From: a virus
Reading direction: 5' to 3' (one strand)
Length of the DNA stretch: 64,000 nt
IMG/VR virus record: IMGVR_UViG_3300020171_000003
Location: 1-64,000 of that record
Below are positions 20,600-31,562 of the stretch, one piece after another. Below the pieces are notes generated by a model that was not told the DNA's origin, ran no database searches, and saw nothing but the letters and a program-made list of their open reading frames with translations. The position numbers and the translations under genes are program-made. How positions within the stretch are numbered: position 1 is the first letter of the stretch; the number at the start of each line of letters is the position of its first letter.

Positions 20600-21199
20600 T
20601 TACTCCTTATGAAGCAAAGAAATTTTAATAAGTTCATAACCTTTCATTTCTAAATGGCTATGTTGTTTGAAAATACCACGTACAGCAGAAGTGCTAAATC
20701 CGTTTCCACTTTGTTTTATTCCTCGAGACTGCATACAATCATGATGACCACGAATAACAATCATTACACCCTTAGGTTTAACATGAGTCACAAAGTTTTC
20801 TATGATCTGATGGCAAAGTCTTTCTTGTGTTTGCGGTCTTCTTGAATAATGATCAATCAATCGGGCGAATTTAGAAGCCCCGATAATCTCTTTGCTTGGA
20901 ATATACATCATCCAAGCAAGAAATTTAAAAGGAAGTAAATGATGAGAACACATGGAAACGAGTTCAATTTTATCAGAACAAATAATTTCATCATAACCTT
21001 CTATATTCGGTTGTAAGGAGTATTCTTCTTTGGTAAATTCAGAATTGATATTTTTGAAAAACTCCCGAGAGTACATTTTTGCCACACGCTCGGGAGTTTC
21101 CCTTAAATGAGTATCGTTCAAGTCTAAACCTAACTCGTAAAGAAGTTCTCCTATGTGATGAGCCACGCTGAGTTCATTCTCTGTTAGATCCGGAGTCAT
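20600..21199 (-). CDS. folE: GTP cyclohydrolase I
   Basis: TPERVAKM, SMCSHHLLPF, SKFAR, QTQERL, HDCMQSRG. Confidence 0.95.
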   Translation of the reverse strand: MTPDLTENELSVAHHIGELLYELGLDLNDTHLRETPERVAKMYSREFFKNINSEFTKEEYSLQPNIEGYDEIICSDKIELVSMCSHHLLPFKFLAWMMYIPSKEIIGASKFARLIDHYSRRPQTQERLCHQIIENFVTHVKPKGVMIVIRGHHDCMQSRGIKQSGNGFSTSAVRGIFKQHSHLEMKGYELIKISLLHKE

Positions 21200-21210
21200 T
21201 AAACTTATCC

Positions 21211-21843
21211 TTATTTTACGAGCTTATATACACCATCTTTAGAAGGAATACTGAAACCTTTAGTAATCAAATGTTTAATGTGGCTATGAACTCTTGAAGG
21301 TGTAGTATCCAATTTTGCTGCCGCATCTTTCAGAGTAAGACCAGTAACTACCATAAGGTCAATATCGTATGCTTGAGAACCTTTTCTTGAACCCAACGGA
21401 GACAATTCATACTCTTTTTTGGGCTTATCTACTTTCTCTTTTACTACTTTCTCTTTCTTGGGCTTAGGTTCTTTTGCAGGTCCTTTTGGGCGTCCTTTTC
21501 CTTTTTTACCTTCAGGAGGAACATCCGTCACTTCTTCCTTTTCAACTTCATCCTTGGAATCGTCTGTCGGGTTTCCATAATCGTTTTCGTCAAGTCCGTC
21601 CTCATTTTCTTCTTCTTCTACTTCATTCTTAATCAAACCGTCATTGTAAAAAGCAATGATAGCTTCATCAAGAACAATACCATCTTCATCCAACTTTTCT
21701 ACAGTTGCAATAAACCATTCACAGATAGCATCTTTCTTTGTTCCGATCAGTTTAATTTGTTCGGTTACTTCTTCCATTTCGTTCAACATTGTGCATACTT
21801 TTTTCAACTCTTTAAAATCGGTTTTATCGTACATTTTTAACAC
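21211..21843 (-). CDS. Acidic/lysine-rich protein with C-terminal winged HTH
   Basis: GRP AT-hook-like Lys-rich linker; LTLKDAAAKL..TPSRVHSHIKHL. Confidence 0.6.
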   Translation of the reverse strand: MLKMYDKTDFKELKKVCTMLNEMEEVTEQIKLIGTKKDAICEWFIATVEKLDEDGIVLDEAIIAFYNDGLIKNEVEEEENEDGLDENDYGNPTDDSKDEVEKEEVTDVPPEGKKGKGRPKGPAKEPKPKKEKVVKEKVDKPKKEYELSPLGSRKGSQAYDIDLMVVTGLTLKDAAAKLDTTPSRVHSHIKHLITKGFSIPSKDGVYKLVK

Positions 21844-21851
21844 CTTTCCGG

Positions 21852-22511
21852 CTATTTACAGCCAATTAGTTTGTGAATCTGATAATTAAATTTGACATGA
21901 AATAATGAATCTTTTTCCATTTTATTATATAACATGGATGCCTGCATTACATTTTTTTCTATATCTTCGGACAAACACGGACTGAATACATGATTGAATT
22001 GTTTATACACTATAGCTTTTTCTTTGGCAAATTGGTAATCTCCTTCATTTAAAATTACATGTTTGATTAAATCTTTCTCCCTTAGACAATTTAAATTTTT
22101 ATAATTAAAAACATCTTCACTTATTGCGCTCGGACCTTTCCAATCAACAATGAAACAATCTACATTAGGAATTAAATTCTCAACACAATGTGTACCGTTA
22201 GTTTCTACTGAAATAAAATAACCTGAATCTTTTAGTAATCTACATAGTAAAGACAAATCGCCTTCTTGTTCAAATGGTTCACCTCCTGTGATTAAAATAT
22301 TTTGACAATGTAACTGCTGGACTGCTTTATGAATTTCTTTAGAAGAACACTCTGAACCCAATTCTCCATCTTGAGCTTGCTTGGTGTCACAATAAGAGCA
22401 TCCACCTATACCTAAAGTGCATCCTTGCATTCGGATAAAAGTAGCCCAACTTCCTTGACCAAATAAGTTCCACTCACCATTAATGCTTCTGAAAATTTCA
22501 TTGATTTTCAT
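21852..22511 (-). CDS. queE: 7-carboxy-7-deazaguanine synthase (radical SAM)
   Basis: EIFRSINGE, FIRMQGC..CSYCDT, ITGGEP, ETNGT, QIHK. Confidence 0.92.
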   Translation of the reverse strand: MKINEIFRSINGEWNLFGQGSWATFIRMQGCTLGIGGCSYCDTKQAQDGELGSECSSKEIHKAVQQLHCQNILITGGEPFEQEGDLSLLCRLLKDSGYFISVETNGTHCVENLIPNVDCFIVDWKGPSAISEDVFNYKNLNCLREKDLIKHVILNEGDYQFAKEKAIVYKQFNHVFSPCLSEDIEKNVMQASMLYNKMEKDSLFHVKFNYQIHKLIGCK

Positions 22512-22820
22512 AACCGTTCTCCCTTAAGAAATCAAAAACCTCTTTTTTTGGAACAGTACAGTTTGCCCAACTGTTAATTGTTCCCCCGCAAATACACATA
22601 TCACCTGTTTTTATATTATTTTTTAAAAGATCAGAAATGTAATAACTTTCATATCCAGTAGGTCCGCCTTCAAATTTTAATATATCCTTATTCTTTTCTT
22701 TTGCTTTTATAATAATCATTTCCAATTCTCTATTTGATATGAGCAAAAATTTTCTGTTAATATATTTATTTGTGGCCTTGTCCCAATTACCTGTTTCTTG
22801 TGTCCATTTACTTTTGATTT

Positions 22821-23204
22821 TCATGCTGTTAGCTCCGCATAACATTTATCGGTTTCATATAATCTTACTTTTTCTAAAACAATGTGTTTCGGAAATTTAT
22901 TTAAAAGAAGATAATAAATCCATCTACACATATTTTCGGCTGTAGGGTTATCAAAAAGATCATTTAAATGGGTGTGGTCTAATTTATTAATTATCCAGGT
23001 ATTAACTACTTCTGACATTCTTTGAAAATCAAGAATCATTCCAAACTCAGGATCATTCACATCTTGAACAGTATTCTCCTTATCTGAAACAGTTATTTCT
23101 AACCGAAAATTATGGCCATGCGGATTTTTACACCTTCCCTGATGATTCGGTAAAAAATGTGAAGCCGCAAAGTCAAAGCTTTTACAAACAGTCATTGTTG
23201 GCAT
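22821..23204 (-). CDS. queD: 6-carboxy-5,6,7,8-tetrahydropterin synthase
   Basis: FAASH, CKNPHGHN, GMILDF, LDHTHLN, PTAEN, LYET. Confidence 0.95.
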   Translation of the reverse strand: MPTMTVCKSFDFAASHFLPNHQGRCKNPHGHNFRLEITVSDKENTVQDVNDPEFGMILDFQRMSEVVNTWIINKLDHTHLNDLFDNPTAENMCRWIYYLLLNKFPKHIVLEKVRLYETDKCYAELTA

Positions 23205-23933
23205 ATTTCCTCCTTATTCTTGTTTCAATAATTTTAATCTGATTCCGAAAGGTGTAATTTCTTTCACCTTAAACTTGCTACCTTTGATTTCCAACAGTTC
23301 ACCAATAGTGAAAATTCCTTTAGATTTAGGATACTTTTTACGCATAATTGCTTCTTCTGGAGGTACTAAATATTCAAAACGTCCTTCGCCTGTATCCATA
23401 CTTCCTCCTTAAAATTCTATATTATTTAATTTATGCAATGTGAAAGTGAGATTCTCAATACCTTGGGTAACATCATCAACATCCTCCCATAAAGAAGAAT
23501 TACCATTTTCAATCGCTTCTAAAATAGCTTCTAAAATATTAATGGCATTACGGACTTTGTCTTTTCTGGATATAATGGGTTTTTGATTTTGAGAATATTT
23601 AATTTTGGGGAAGTGGACAAAGAGTTCGTTTATTAAATCATCTATTTCGGATAGTTCACAAAGAGCATCATCAACTTCACCTAAAGCATCTTCTACCTTT
23701 TCTGCTTTTGCTCCTGAAGCTAACTTTGTTGATTGAACAGAACCTAACCATTCGTCTAACTCATCCTTCAAGTTTTCTAAGATTTCTTCTGCATCACTAA
23801 AAGCTGTTTCCATATTGTTTGTTACTGAATTGAATTTAGGCATAAAGTCTCACTTTCTTTTACAAGATTGAAAAACAAGTTGATTTCATAATAAACATAA
23901 TTATGAGGGCTGTCAATAGTTTTTTTAGGTTAT

Positions 23934-25490
23934 TTAATCTTTTTTTACTATTTTTATGAGGGAATCTAAATGTGTTTGTCCAACGTGAATATTCTGGAGA
24001 ATAGTGACTTGCTTGTTTTCATCAAAGTACTTATGTCGATGGGCGATCAAACCAACTCGCATCCGGCCTGCTTTCTTTTCTTCATTACTTTGGTTCAATC
24101 CAAATAGCACATCGACATGACCAAGCTTACCAATCCATCTTGCTGAATGCTTTGATTTAATGCTTTCAGCTTCTAAGCCTTCTCTTGTTACTTGAGTAGG
24201 AGTAATAACGGTCATTTTTTTATCTTGACCTAAAGAAGACAAAGCCATCCAAGATTGATCTTCTTTTTCTACACCAACAAGATTGTCTCGTTCTGCTTTT
24301 AAAATATCTACATAATCAATAATGAGAATATCCGGAATAAAGTTTTCATACTTTTCAAGTTGGGATAGCGATTGATATATATCCTTCACATTTGCAGTAA
24401 ATTTAGGAAAAGACATGAACCGTATTCTATTACCGTATATTTTATTAATTTGCTCTATTTTCTTAGCTACCGTAGGGTAAAGAAAATCATCCCATTCTTT
24501 TTCTATGAACCAAGAATCAAGTTCAAATTCATTTTTATATTCTGGATGATCTTTACAAAAAGTACAAGGCTCATACGTTGAGGAACCAAAATTGAATTTC
24601 TCAACATCTGGTTTAATACTATCGACCAATAAAGAAACTCTACTGAATCTACCCGGCTTTATACAAGATCCTATTTGGTTCTTAGCACAATCCCACACAG
24701 GCATCAAATTCATTTCTTTTTTTATTTTTAAAACAGGATCAATAGAAGGAGAAAGTCTTTTTATTAAACGTCCGGTCATTTCTGTAGGAGACATTTCAAG
24801 CGATATGAAAGCAACACGTTTGCCGGATAGTAATCCTATTACACCCAAATCTAACGCAAAGAATGTTTTGCCTCTTTTAAATGGAGCAGATATACCAACT
24901 AACCAACCTCTTTTAATATTCCCAAGAAACTCACCAAGATCACCAGGCATTAATAAAAATTCGTCTTTATCTTCTTCAAACACTTTGAAAACTTCATCAT
25001 CAGACAAAGGGTTTATCCATCTGTTCGTTAATTTTACAATAGGTTTGATATTCAAGAATACTGCTTCTGCTTCTTTAACTCGGTCTTGCTCTAATAAATA
25101 GCTGATTTCTTTCATGCGCTGTTCCATCTCCTGCTTTGTGAAATATTCAATAGCAGTATCAATGGCTGAAGGAGCGTTAATTGCTTTACCAGAAGCTTCA
25201 TATAATTCATTTAGTTCTAATAGGATTGTTTCAATTGCTTCCACATCTTCTGATTTTAATTGGGTACTTTTTTTAATAAACACATTGTTCATATCATTTT
25301 CAGGAACTTCTCCATAAAGTTCATAATATGATTTAACCCATTTAGCAATTGTTTTCAAGTGAGGGTTTAAAAAATAATTTATATTGAAACTTTCGTATAT
25401 ACCAGTGAAAAATTCTTTTGATACAATCATGCTTAGGATTATCCGCTTCTCTATAACAACATCTATCTTTTTCCGTTGAATAAGGGCCAT
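23934..25490 (-). CDS. DnaB-like replicative helicase
   Basis: APFKRGKT, ISLEM, IIDYVD, TPTQ. Confidence 0.85.
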   Translation of the reverse strand: MALIQRKKIDVVIEKRIILSMIVSKEFFTGIYESFNINYFLNPHLKTIAKWVKSYYELYGEVPENDMNNVFIKKSTQLKSEDVEAIETILLELNELYEASGKAINAPSAIDTAIEYFTKQEMEQRMKEISYLLEQDRVKEAEAVFLNIKPIVKLTNRWINPLSDDEVFKVFEEDKDEFLLMPGDLGEFLGNIKRGWLVGISAPFKRGKTFFALDLGVIGLLSGKRVAFISLEMSPTEMTGRLIKRLSPSIDPVLKIKKEMNLMPVWDCAKNQIGSCIKPGRFSRVSLLVDSIKPDVEKFNFGSSTYEPCTFCKDHPEYKNEFELDSWFIEKEWDDFLYPTVAKKIEQINKIYGNRIRFMSFPKFTANVKDIYQSLSQLEKYENFIPDILIIDYVDILKAERDNLVGVEKEDQSWMALSSLGQDKKMTVITPTQVTREGLEAESIKSKHSARWIGKLGHVDVLFGLNQSNEEKKAGRMRVGLIAHRHKYFDENKQVTILQNIHVGQTHLDSLIKIVKKD

Positions 25491-25501
25491 TGAGTATCTT
25501 T

Positions 25502-26854
25502 CTATGCTGTTTTATGATAGGAACTGTCATACCAATCCTGATTCTCCAATATAAGTCTTTGTCTTTCTTTTTCTTCTCTTTCCATATCTTGCTTGATAAC
25601 TTCCGGATCTATTTTTTGTGTTGGTACTGCTTTACTCAATAGTCCACGCTTTTCACAGAAATCAGGGAAGACTCTTTTCCAGGTTCTTTCTGAACATAGA
25701 TGGCCAGGAGAAGGTTTAACTGTATCAGGCAAGCTTTCTGCTATAGAAAGAAAATATAATTCTGCCATTTCATATAAATTACGAGTAGTTATGAATCTGT
25801 TTTGATTTTCATTATACCAACGATGGAATTGATTTGAAGCTAAACGGAGTTTTTCTTCTTCTGTTGCAAGGAAGATATGATTTTTAGTCCATTGATTTTC
25901 TTTTATAAGTAATTCAGTAAGATAGGCTGTTAATTTAGGATTAATATCTGTATAAAGTTTCTCAATCGGCTTTGGTTTATACTGTAAGTATCGAATGAAT
26001 GGACATTTTAGTGAAGTAGCATTCCAATTCCATAGAAAGGACAATAATGTATATTTAATGGGTTTTCTATCAGGAGAAGCACCGTGATCTATTTGCATTG
26101 CTAATTTATAATTATCTACTGACGTTTGGAAATCTTCTAAAGACAATGTATATCCTGGCATTACATTTTTATTATCAAAGAATGAGCCGGAAATCATTGT
26201 ACGCAATGTTTGAGTGATTTGATCAAATGTTTTTGAGACCCTTCTTGTTTTACTATAATGTTCTTCCCAATAATTTACATATGGAGCAATATCTTCTGGA
26301 CAAGAATCTACTGTATTATTATTTAAATAATCATCCCGGGATTCTTTTAGACAATGTGTTAATTTTGTTTCACAAGAAGGCTCGCTTTGCGTACTCTTTT
26401 CTTTAGAAAAGACTATGCAGTCTTTTAGATTTTGATTAAGTCTTTTTCTAGTATACGAGGGAGCAAGTTGCGAGGTGATTTCAGTTTTAGAAGTAGCAGG
26501 ATGCGAGGTGATTTCTTCACAGTCTTCTAATATCGGATGAGCTAAAATATAATATCTGTTTGTTACATGAAGTCTATGGTTAGATCCTTCTGCTTTTTCT
26601 TTCCATATAAAATCTTGTTCTTCTAATCTTTTAATGCATCGAATTACTTGATCGGTACTTAATCCTACTGTATCAGCAATTGTTATTTGTTTAGGCCAAG
26701 CTATACCTTTATCATTTGAAAAGTTGTAAAGACAAGCCCAGACTAATTTATCACTACTGTTTAATTCTTTATAGGCTGATAAAGATTTAGGTAATCTAAG
26801 AAAATGACGCATTGTTTTTTTATTAATATTAGGATATTTGGGTTCTGTTTTCAT
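25502..26854 (-). CDS. Replication initiator-like protein with N-terminal winged HTH
   Basis: LNSSDKLVW..L...AWPKQITIA..VGLS...V.RCIKRLEE; upstream of DnaB. Confidence 0.65.
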   Translation of the reverse strand: MKTEPKYPNINKKTMRHFLRLPKSLSAYKELNSSDKLVWACLYNFSNDKGIAWPKQITIADTVGLSTDQVIRCIKRLEEQDFIWKEKAEGSNHRLHVTNRYYILAHPILEDCEEITSHPATSKTEITSQLAPSYTRKRLNQNLKDCIVFSKEKSTQSEPSCETKLTHCLKESRDDYLNNNTVDSCPEDIAPYVNYWEEHYSKTRRVSKTFDQITQTLRTMISGSFFDNKNVMPGYTLSLEDFQTSVDNYKLAMQIDHGASPDRKPIKYTLLSFLWNWNATSLKCPFIRYLQYKPKPIEKLYTDINPKLTAYLTELLIKENQWTKNHIFLATEEEKLRLASNQFHRWYNENQNRFITTRNLYEMAELYFLSIAESLPDTVKPSPGHLCSERTWKRVFPDFCEKRGLLSKAVPTQKIDPEVIKQDMEREEKERQRLILENQDWYDSSYHKTA

Positions 26855-27213
26855 TTTGTCCTTTCTATAGAGTTATTCGGGTCTATTCCGTCAGGCCATC
26901 CTCCTTTATAAATATCATGATCATAAAAGTCAAAATGGATTTTAGAATTATTTTCAAGACAGGGTTCGGTAGTAATAAATAATTTATCTTCTAAAACAGA
27001 AATACATTTGAGGATTGTTGTTACAGGAAGACCAGAAAATTTACTAATTTCCTCTAAGGACAGATCTAAAGATTCTTGCAGGTAAAGGGCAACTAATACA
27101 AATTTTTCATCACTGGTTAAAATATTGGTTTGGAATAAAGCTTTGGGAAAATCGACACAAAACATAATATCATTTGGGGGAATAATTGGATATTTCGGAC
27201 CTTGTTTTGCCAT
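26851..27213 (-). CDS. Winged-HTH protein resembling the initiator N-terminus
   Basis: PKYP...LTSDEKFVLVAL...SLEEISKFSGL...CISVLED. Confidence 0.55.
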   Translation of the reverse strand: MAKQGPKYPIIPPNDIMFCVDFPKALFQTNILTSDEKFVLVALYLQESLDLSLEEISKFSGLPVTTILKCISVLEDKLFITTEPCLENNSKIHFDFYDHDIYKGGWPDGIDPNNSIERTK

Positions 27214-27246
27214 TTTTATCTCCTTTTTTATTTATTTGTTACTGTG

Positions 27247-27319
27247 ACTATACTTTAAAAAATAAACTTTTGTCAAGATAAAAAAAGTTCTTGACAAACC
27301 AATTTAGTTTTTGTAATAT
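27247..27319. promoter_or_regulatory. Back-to-back sigma70-type promoters
   Basis: Minus strand: TTGACA(27276-27271)-18 bp-TATAGT; plus strand: TTGACA(27291)-17 bp-TAATAT. Confidence 0.6.
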
Positions 27320-27400
27320 GTAATCACATTTTGTTTCTTTTTATTTATTTGTTCCATTCATCCTAAGAGGGTCTGTGTCAAAGCAGGCCCTCTCCTCTTT

Positions 27401-28336
27401 TTAATAGATTTTTCCAAATATCATTTTTCTTAAACTCTTTACATCTTCTAATGAAAGTTCACCTGGATCGCCTTCTGATAATAAAAGTAGTTCAACATCT
27501 GTTATAGCATTAATTTGGTGAAGTAGATTGGTAGCTGGAATTTCTGCATCTTTATCAAACAAAATAAAGACCTTTTTATGTTTTCTTATTAATGAAACTT
27601 GATAATCAGTAAATTTTGTTCCAAAAGTACAAACAAATCCGTCTCCTGTATTCCATACATCACCAGGTCCTTCTGTAACAATTATTATTTCTTTTGCTGT
27701 ATCATAATTATAAAGTAATTCTTTAATATCTTGGACACTATATTCTACCGGAGCATTTTTGTATGGTAATTTAGGATTTTTGTTTGTTGCCCTTGTTGTA
27801 TAAGAAAGTATTTTACCTCTTTGTATAACTGGAATGTATAAACGATTTGACCAGTCTCTTTCACCAGGTCCTATACAATTCAATTTAAATTTATTATAGA
27901 TATATTCTGCATCAAGATTTCTGGATTCTAAATATCGTTTATGGATTGTTTGTAATTCTGAAATAAGCTTGAAGTCATGCTTCAAATTCCTCACAAGGAC
28001 CGCATCTGTCCTGTCATAGTTCTTTAGATTTTCAAGTGAAAGAGTGTTTGCATACGTTTTCACTAGACTAATGATTTGGGAAAAAGATTTACGCTCAATT
28101 TTCATTATATACTTAGTGATACTTCCCTTGGCAGGACACCTCCAACAGTTAATTCCTTTTGAATATAGGTTTATTCCCAAATGCTGTGAGGGATCTCCAT
28201 CAGGACAAAAAGGACAGTTAACACCAATCCATCCCTCAGCAATATTCTTCTCACCCTCTTGTTGATAAAGAATATGTTTATCATCAAGGTATTTTTCTAC
28301 ATCAAATTTCTCTATGTCAAAAGGAGTGAGTTCCAT
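27401..28336 (-). CDS. DNA primase (Zn finger + TOPRIM)
   Basis: CPFC...H...CWRC; YLESR; TEGPGD; FDKD. Confidence 0.9.
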   Translation of the reverse strand: MELTPFDIEKFDVEKYLDDKHILYQQEGEKNIAEGWIGVNCPFCPDGDPSQHLGINLYSKGINCWRCPAKGSITKYIMKIERKSFSQIISLVKTYANTLSLENLKNYDRTDAVLVRNLKHDFKLISELQTIHKRYLESRNLDAEYIYNKFKLNCIGPGERDWSNRLYIPVIQRGKILSYTTRATNKNPKLPYKNAPVEYSVQDIKELLYNYDTAKEIIIVTEGPGDVWNTGDGFVCTFGTKFTDYQVSLIRKHKKVFILFDKDAEIPATNLLHQINAITDVELLLLSEGDPGELSLEDVKSLRKMIFGKIY

Positions 28337-28713
28337 TAGATTTCAATTTTCAACAACATGTTTAAAATATTTCTGGCGGCTCTTTTAGTTTCCTCTTCCT
28401 CGCTTGCGTTCATCCATTTTCTAAAAAGATTTGTTGAACCGTGTTGACATCTAATCCTTTGATTTTTATCTCCAGGCCATAAGCATTCTTGGCAACCCGC
28501 TATATCTGCTTCATCATCTTCATTTCTTAGATATTCACAAAAAGGACATTTATAGTTATAGACATGTTTCCATAATTTACCTTCTACCCAAAGATCGTTT
28601 ATTATCCATCCTTTACTAGAAGAACCCGTCTCAGCAAGTCTATCCCACAAAATACAGCATTCAGTTAACGCCAAAATCTTTGTTTCTTCATTGATTTTCA
28701 TTTCATTTCTCCT

Positions 28714-30084
28714 TTACATCCATCCCATGTTAAAGTAAGTTGTTAAACGATTGCCAAAATGCTCCACAAAAAATCTATGTGAGTTATCAAAAAAGTCCAC
28801 AACAGTAAAAGACTTCTTTGTTTCCGTGACTCTAAATCCTCTTCCTATAAACTGAATAGTTTGAATTTCACTCTTACCTCCAGCTGCATTTATAACAACA
28901 TCAAGAGAAGGCATATCAACTCCTTCTTTCCAAATAACAGAAGATACCACACAAAGATTATCCTTATTTTGTAAACTGTCTTTGATTTCATCCCTAACTT
29001 TTTCAGTAGAAGAACCCCAGACAAAAGGACAACCAATCATCCGACTTAAAATTTCTCCATGTTCAACTCTTGTAACAAGAATGAGAACTGATTCTTTTTT
29101 AGCCATAAACTCTTTGGTTACAGAAACAATTAAATTATTTCTGATTTCGTTATTCACAATTCCAGAATTGTAAATTTCTGCATACTTTCCAAATGAAGCA
29201 CTTATTTTATGATCGTAAGGAACTTTATACAATTTTATGTACGGTTTTGCTATAATACCTTTTTCTATAGCTTCTTTGTTGGTAAGTTCTCCTAATATCG
29301 GTCCTAATAGTCCTTCACAACTCAATTCTTTTTCTCTTTCAGAAGGCTTTGTAGCTGTGAAACCAATCTTCATAGGAGCATCTAATTGTAATAGCAACTT
29401 ACCATATTCACTATTAACAGAATTTACATGGTGAGCCTCATCAATTATTATTACATCAAACCAGTCTTCAAGTTCCTTTAGATTTTGCTTTTCAAAAGTC
29501 TGTATAGTAGAAACAGTTAACCGATAATCTTTACTAAAAGCAGAATCACCTCCACCAAGAACTTGAATTTTATCTTTAAAAAATGGAATTTCTTTTACAA
29601 TCTTTTTACTCGTTTGTTTCACAATATCTATGGTATGAGCCAACAATAAAATATTGTAATATTTCATTGCACTTATTACCCCCATAGTTATGATAGTTTT
29701 GCCTGAACCAGTAGGACTAATTATGACTCCTTGTTTTTCTTCAAGACCTTTTCGTATCAACCGGATTTGGTCTTCCCGAGGCAATAGCGTTTCAAGTTCA
29801 ACTTTCGTTTCTTCAAAGTCGCAGATCTCTTCCTCAAACTCGCAAGGGATTTTCTTTTCTATCAGATAAGAAAGGACTCTATTCATATTACCGGATAAGA
29901 TATATTTATTATTAGCATCTCCTGGGAACATAAAAGGTATTTCGGAAACTCTTTTCTCTTTTCGGAACGGTCCTTTAACCCAGAAGGCTTTTTGATACAT
30001 CAAAACCGGTGCAACTAAAACAGAGTCTTTTCTGTCCACTGAGTAGTAGTTATTGTTTACTTTTTTAAATTTTATGGTTCTCAT
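28714..30084 (-). CDS. SF2 helicase (UvsW-like)
   Basis: PTGSGKT, DEAH, TAT, EGVD, QFIGRGFR. Confidence 0.9.
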   Translation of the reverse strand: MRTIKFKKVNNNYYSVDRKDSVLVAPVLMYQKAFWVKGPFRKEKRVSEIPFMFPGDANNKYILSGNMNRVLSYLIEKKIPCEFEEEICDFEETKVELETLLPREDQIRLIRKGLEEKQGVIISPTGSGKTIITMGVISAMKYYNILLLAHTIDIVKQTSKKIVKEIPFFKDKIQVLGGGDSAFSKDYRLTVSTIQTFEKQNLKELEDWFDVIIIDEAHHVNSVNSEYGKLLLQLDAPMKIGFTATKPSEREKELSCEGLLGPILGELTNKEAIEKGIIAKPYIKLYKVPYDHKISASFGKYAEIYNSGIVNNEIRNNLIVSVTKEFMAKKESVLILVTRVEHGEILSRMIGCPFVWGSSTEKVRDEIKDSLQNKDNLCVVSSVIWKEGVDMPSLDVVINAAGGKSEIQTIQFIGRGFRVTETKKSFTVVDFFDNSHRFFVEHFGNRLTTYFNMGWM

Positions 30085-30400
30085 GCTCTCCTTTTTAATT
30101 GGGATTTAACTATAATCCCATTGGTAGATCGTCTTCTTGCGGATTGAATTAAATCCTTTCCTTGTTTACATTTACATTGTCCTTTATTCTGTCTATGCAA
30201 GCAAACAGAAACATCTAACCAAGCATTGTCTGTATTGCACCAGAAGTTTTTTGATACACTAAACATGTCACAAATAGAATTATCACCGGTAATATACTTT
30301 GTTTTTATATCACAAAATCTTTCCGAATAAACCGTTTTATCATTTTGTTTTACCAACTTTCTATCTACTGCTTTTTGAAAGGCAGTACAATATTGGCATT

Positions 30401-30571
30401 TCATTGATAAGACCTCCTTACTAAAACCTCAATGAATTTTGACATGCTTCGATTATCCAATTTTGATTCTTTTCTAATAATTTGGGCAACTTCTTTGGTA
30501 AGATAAAATGTAAGTCGCTCCGTTGTTTCTTGATAACCAGGCTTCTTTATTACAATATTGTTTTTCAGCAT
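30401..30571 (-). CDS. Ribbon-helix-helix (Arc/CopG-like) regulator, 56 aa, not in the ORF track
   Basis: ERLTFYLTKEVAQIIRKESKLDNRSMSKFIEVLV; GGAG RBS; first gene of the replication block. Confidence 0.7.
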   Translation of the reverse strand: MLKNNIVIKKPGYQETTERLTFYLTKEVAQIIRKESKLDNRSMSKFIEVLVRRSYQ

Positions 30572-30692
30572 ATTTTTCTCCTTTAGTTAGTTTGTTTTTT
30601 TTTCTATCATATTGATACTACACGATAATCATAGGTTTGTCAACAGTTATTTTCAGTCTATAGAATTTCTATAAAAATCAGATATTTCCTAT

Positions 30693-30729
30693 TAAAACCG
30701 ACTCTCTACAATCGAGGAGAATCGACGGT
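30693..30729. repeat. 37-bp exact repeat, copy 1 (copy 2 at 38567-38603)
   Basis: TAAAACCGACTCTCTACAATCGAGGAGAATCGACGGT. Confidence 0.9.
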
Positions 30730-31562
30730 AAGCACTTGACGCATATCAAGACATGCATGTTTTTCTGACCGTGCTTTTTCATTAATCATTCTCCTGTTCG
30801 TATAAATCATATAATATTTGAATTTCTTCGGAATTTTTTTTAATAAACTCCCTGGCTTCTTTTTCTGTGTTACATCGTTTTTTTAGTTCTATCCATCTAA
30901 AAGGAGCAGGTTCTTCTTTTGTTATTTCTTTTTTAATTTGAAAGTGGATACGGTATCTTTCTTCCCATAATCCTTTCCTTGATTCTCCTATAAAACCTAC
31001 TACTTTCTTATTCCTTTTAATATCTGTGTGATCTAATTCAAAGGATCTATATCTTCCTTCCGGTATATGTTTTTTAAAAGTAAAATTCTTCATTAATCCT
31101 CCTTCTCTATCCAACCATCTTTAATTAGTAACTCCTCTACTTTATCAAAAGCTTTATCACCATAGATATGACAAGGACACTCAAAGAGTTTTAATTCAGG
31201 AAATAAAATACCACAAAATTCTTCACAAGGCAGTCCTAAATCATCCGGACAACAGTTTTCCATATCCTTTTTTATTGTTTTTATTAAAATGAATATAAAA
31301 AGTAGCAAACAATTCCTTTTTTTCTTCACTTAATCCGTTCCAGTTTGTTTTCATAATCATTCTCCTACCAATTCTTTATACTCTGTTTTAGATAAACTTT
31401 TATCTATAGCCATATTTATTTCAATTAATTCTTCTTCTATTGAATCTGGACCTTCTTCTGAAGTAGAAAAACAAAAGGAACAACCGTAATATTTTTTAGA
31501 ATGAATATATCTTGTTTCACATTCACAATCCCAAAAATTAGGATTTGTAATCATAATTCCTC

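Noticed and set aside
17554-23204. Queuosine tRNA-modification pathway as auxiliary metabolism
   Set aside because: No QueC/QueF/QueA; the TGT-like gene lacks the tRNA-TGT Zn motif and sits in the DNA replication block, so DNA modification fits better
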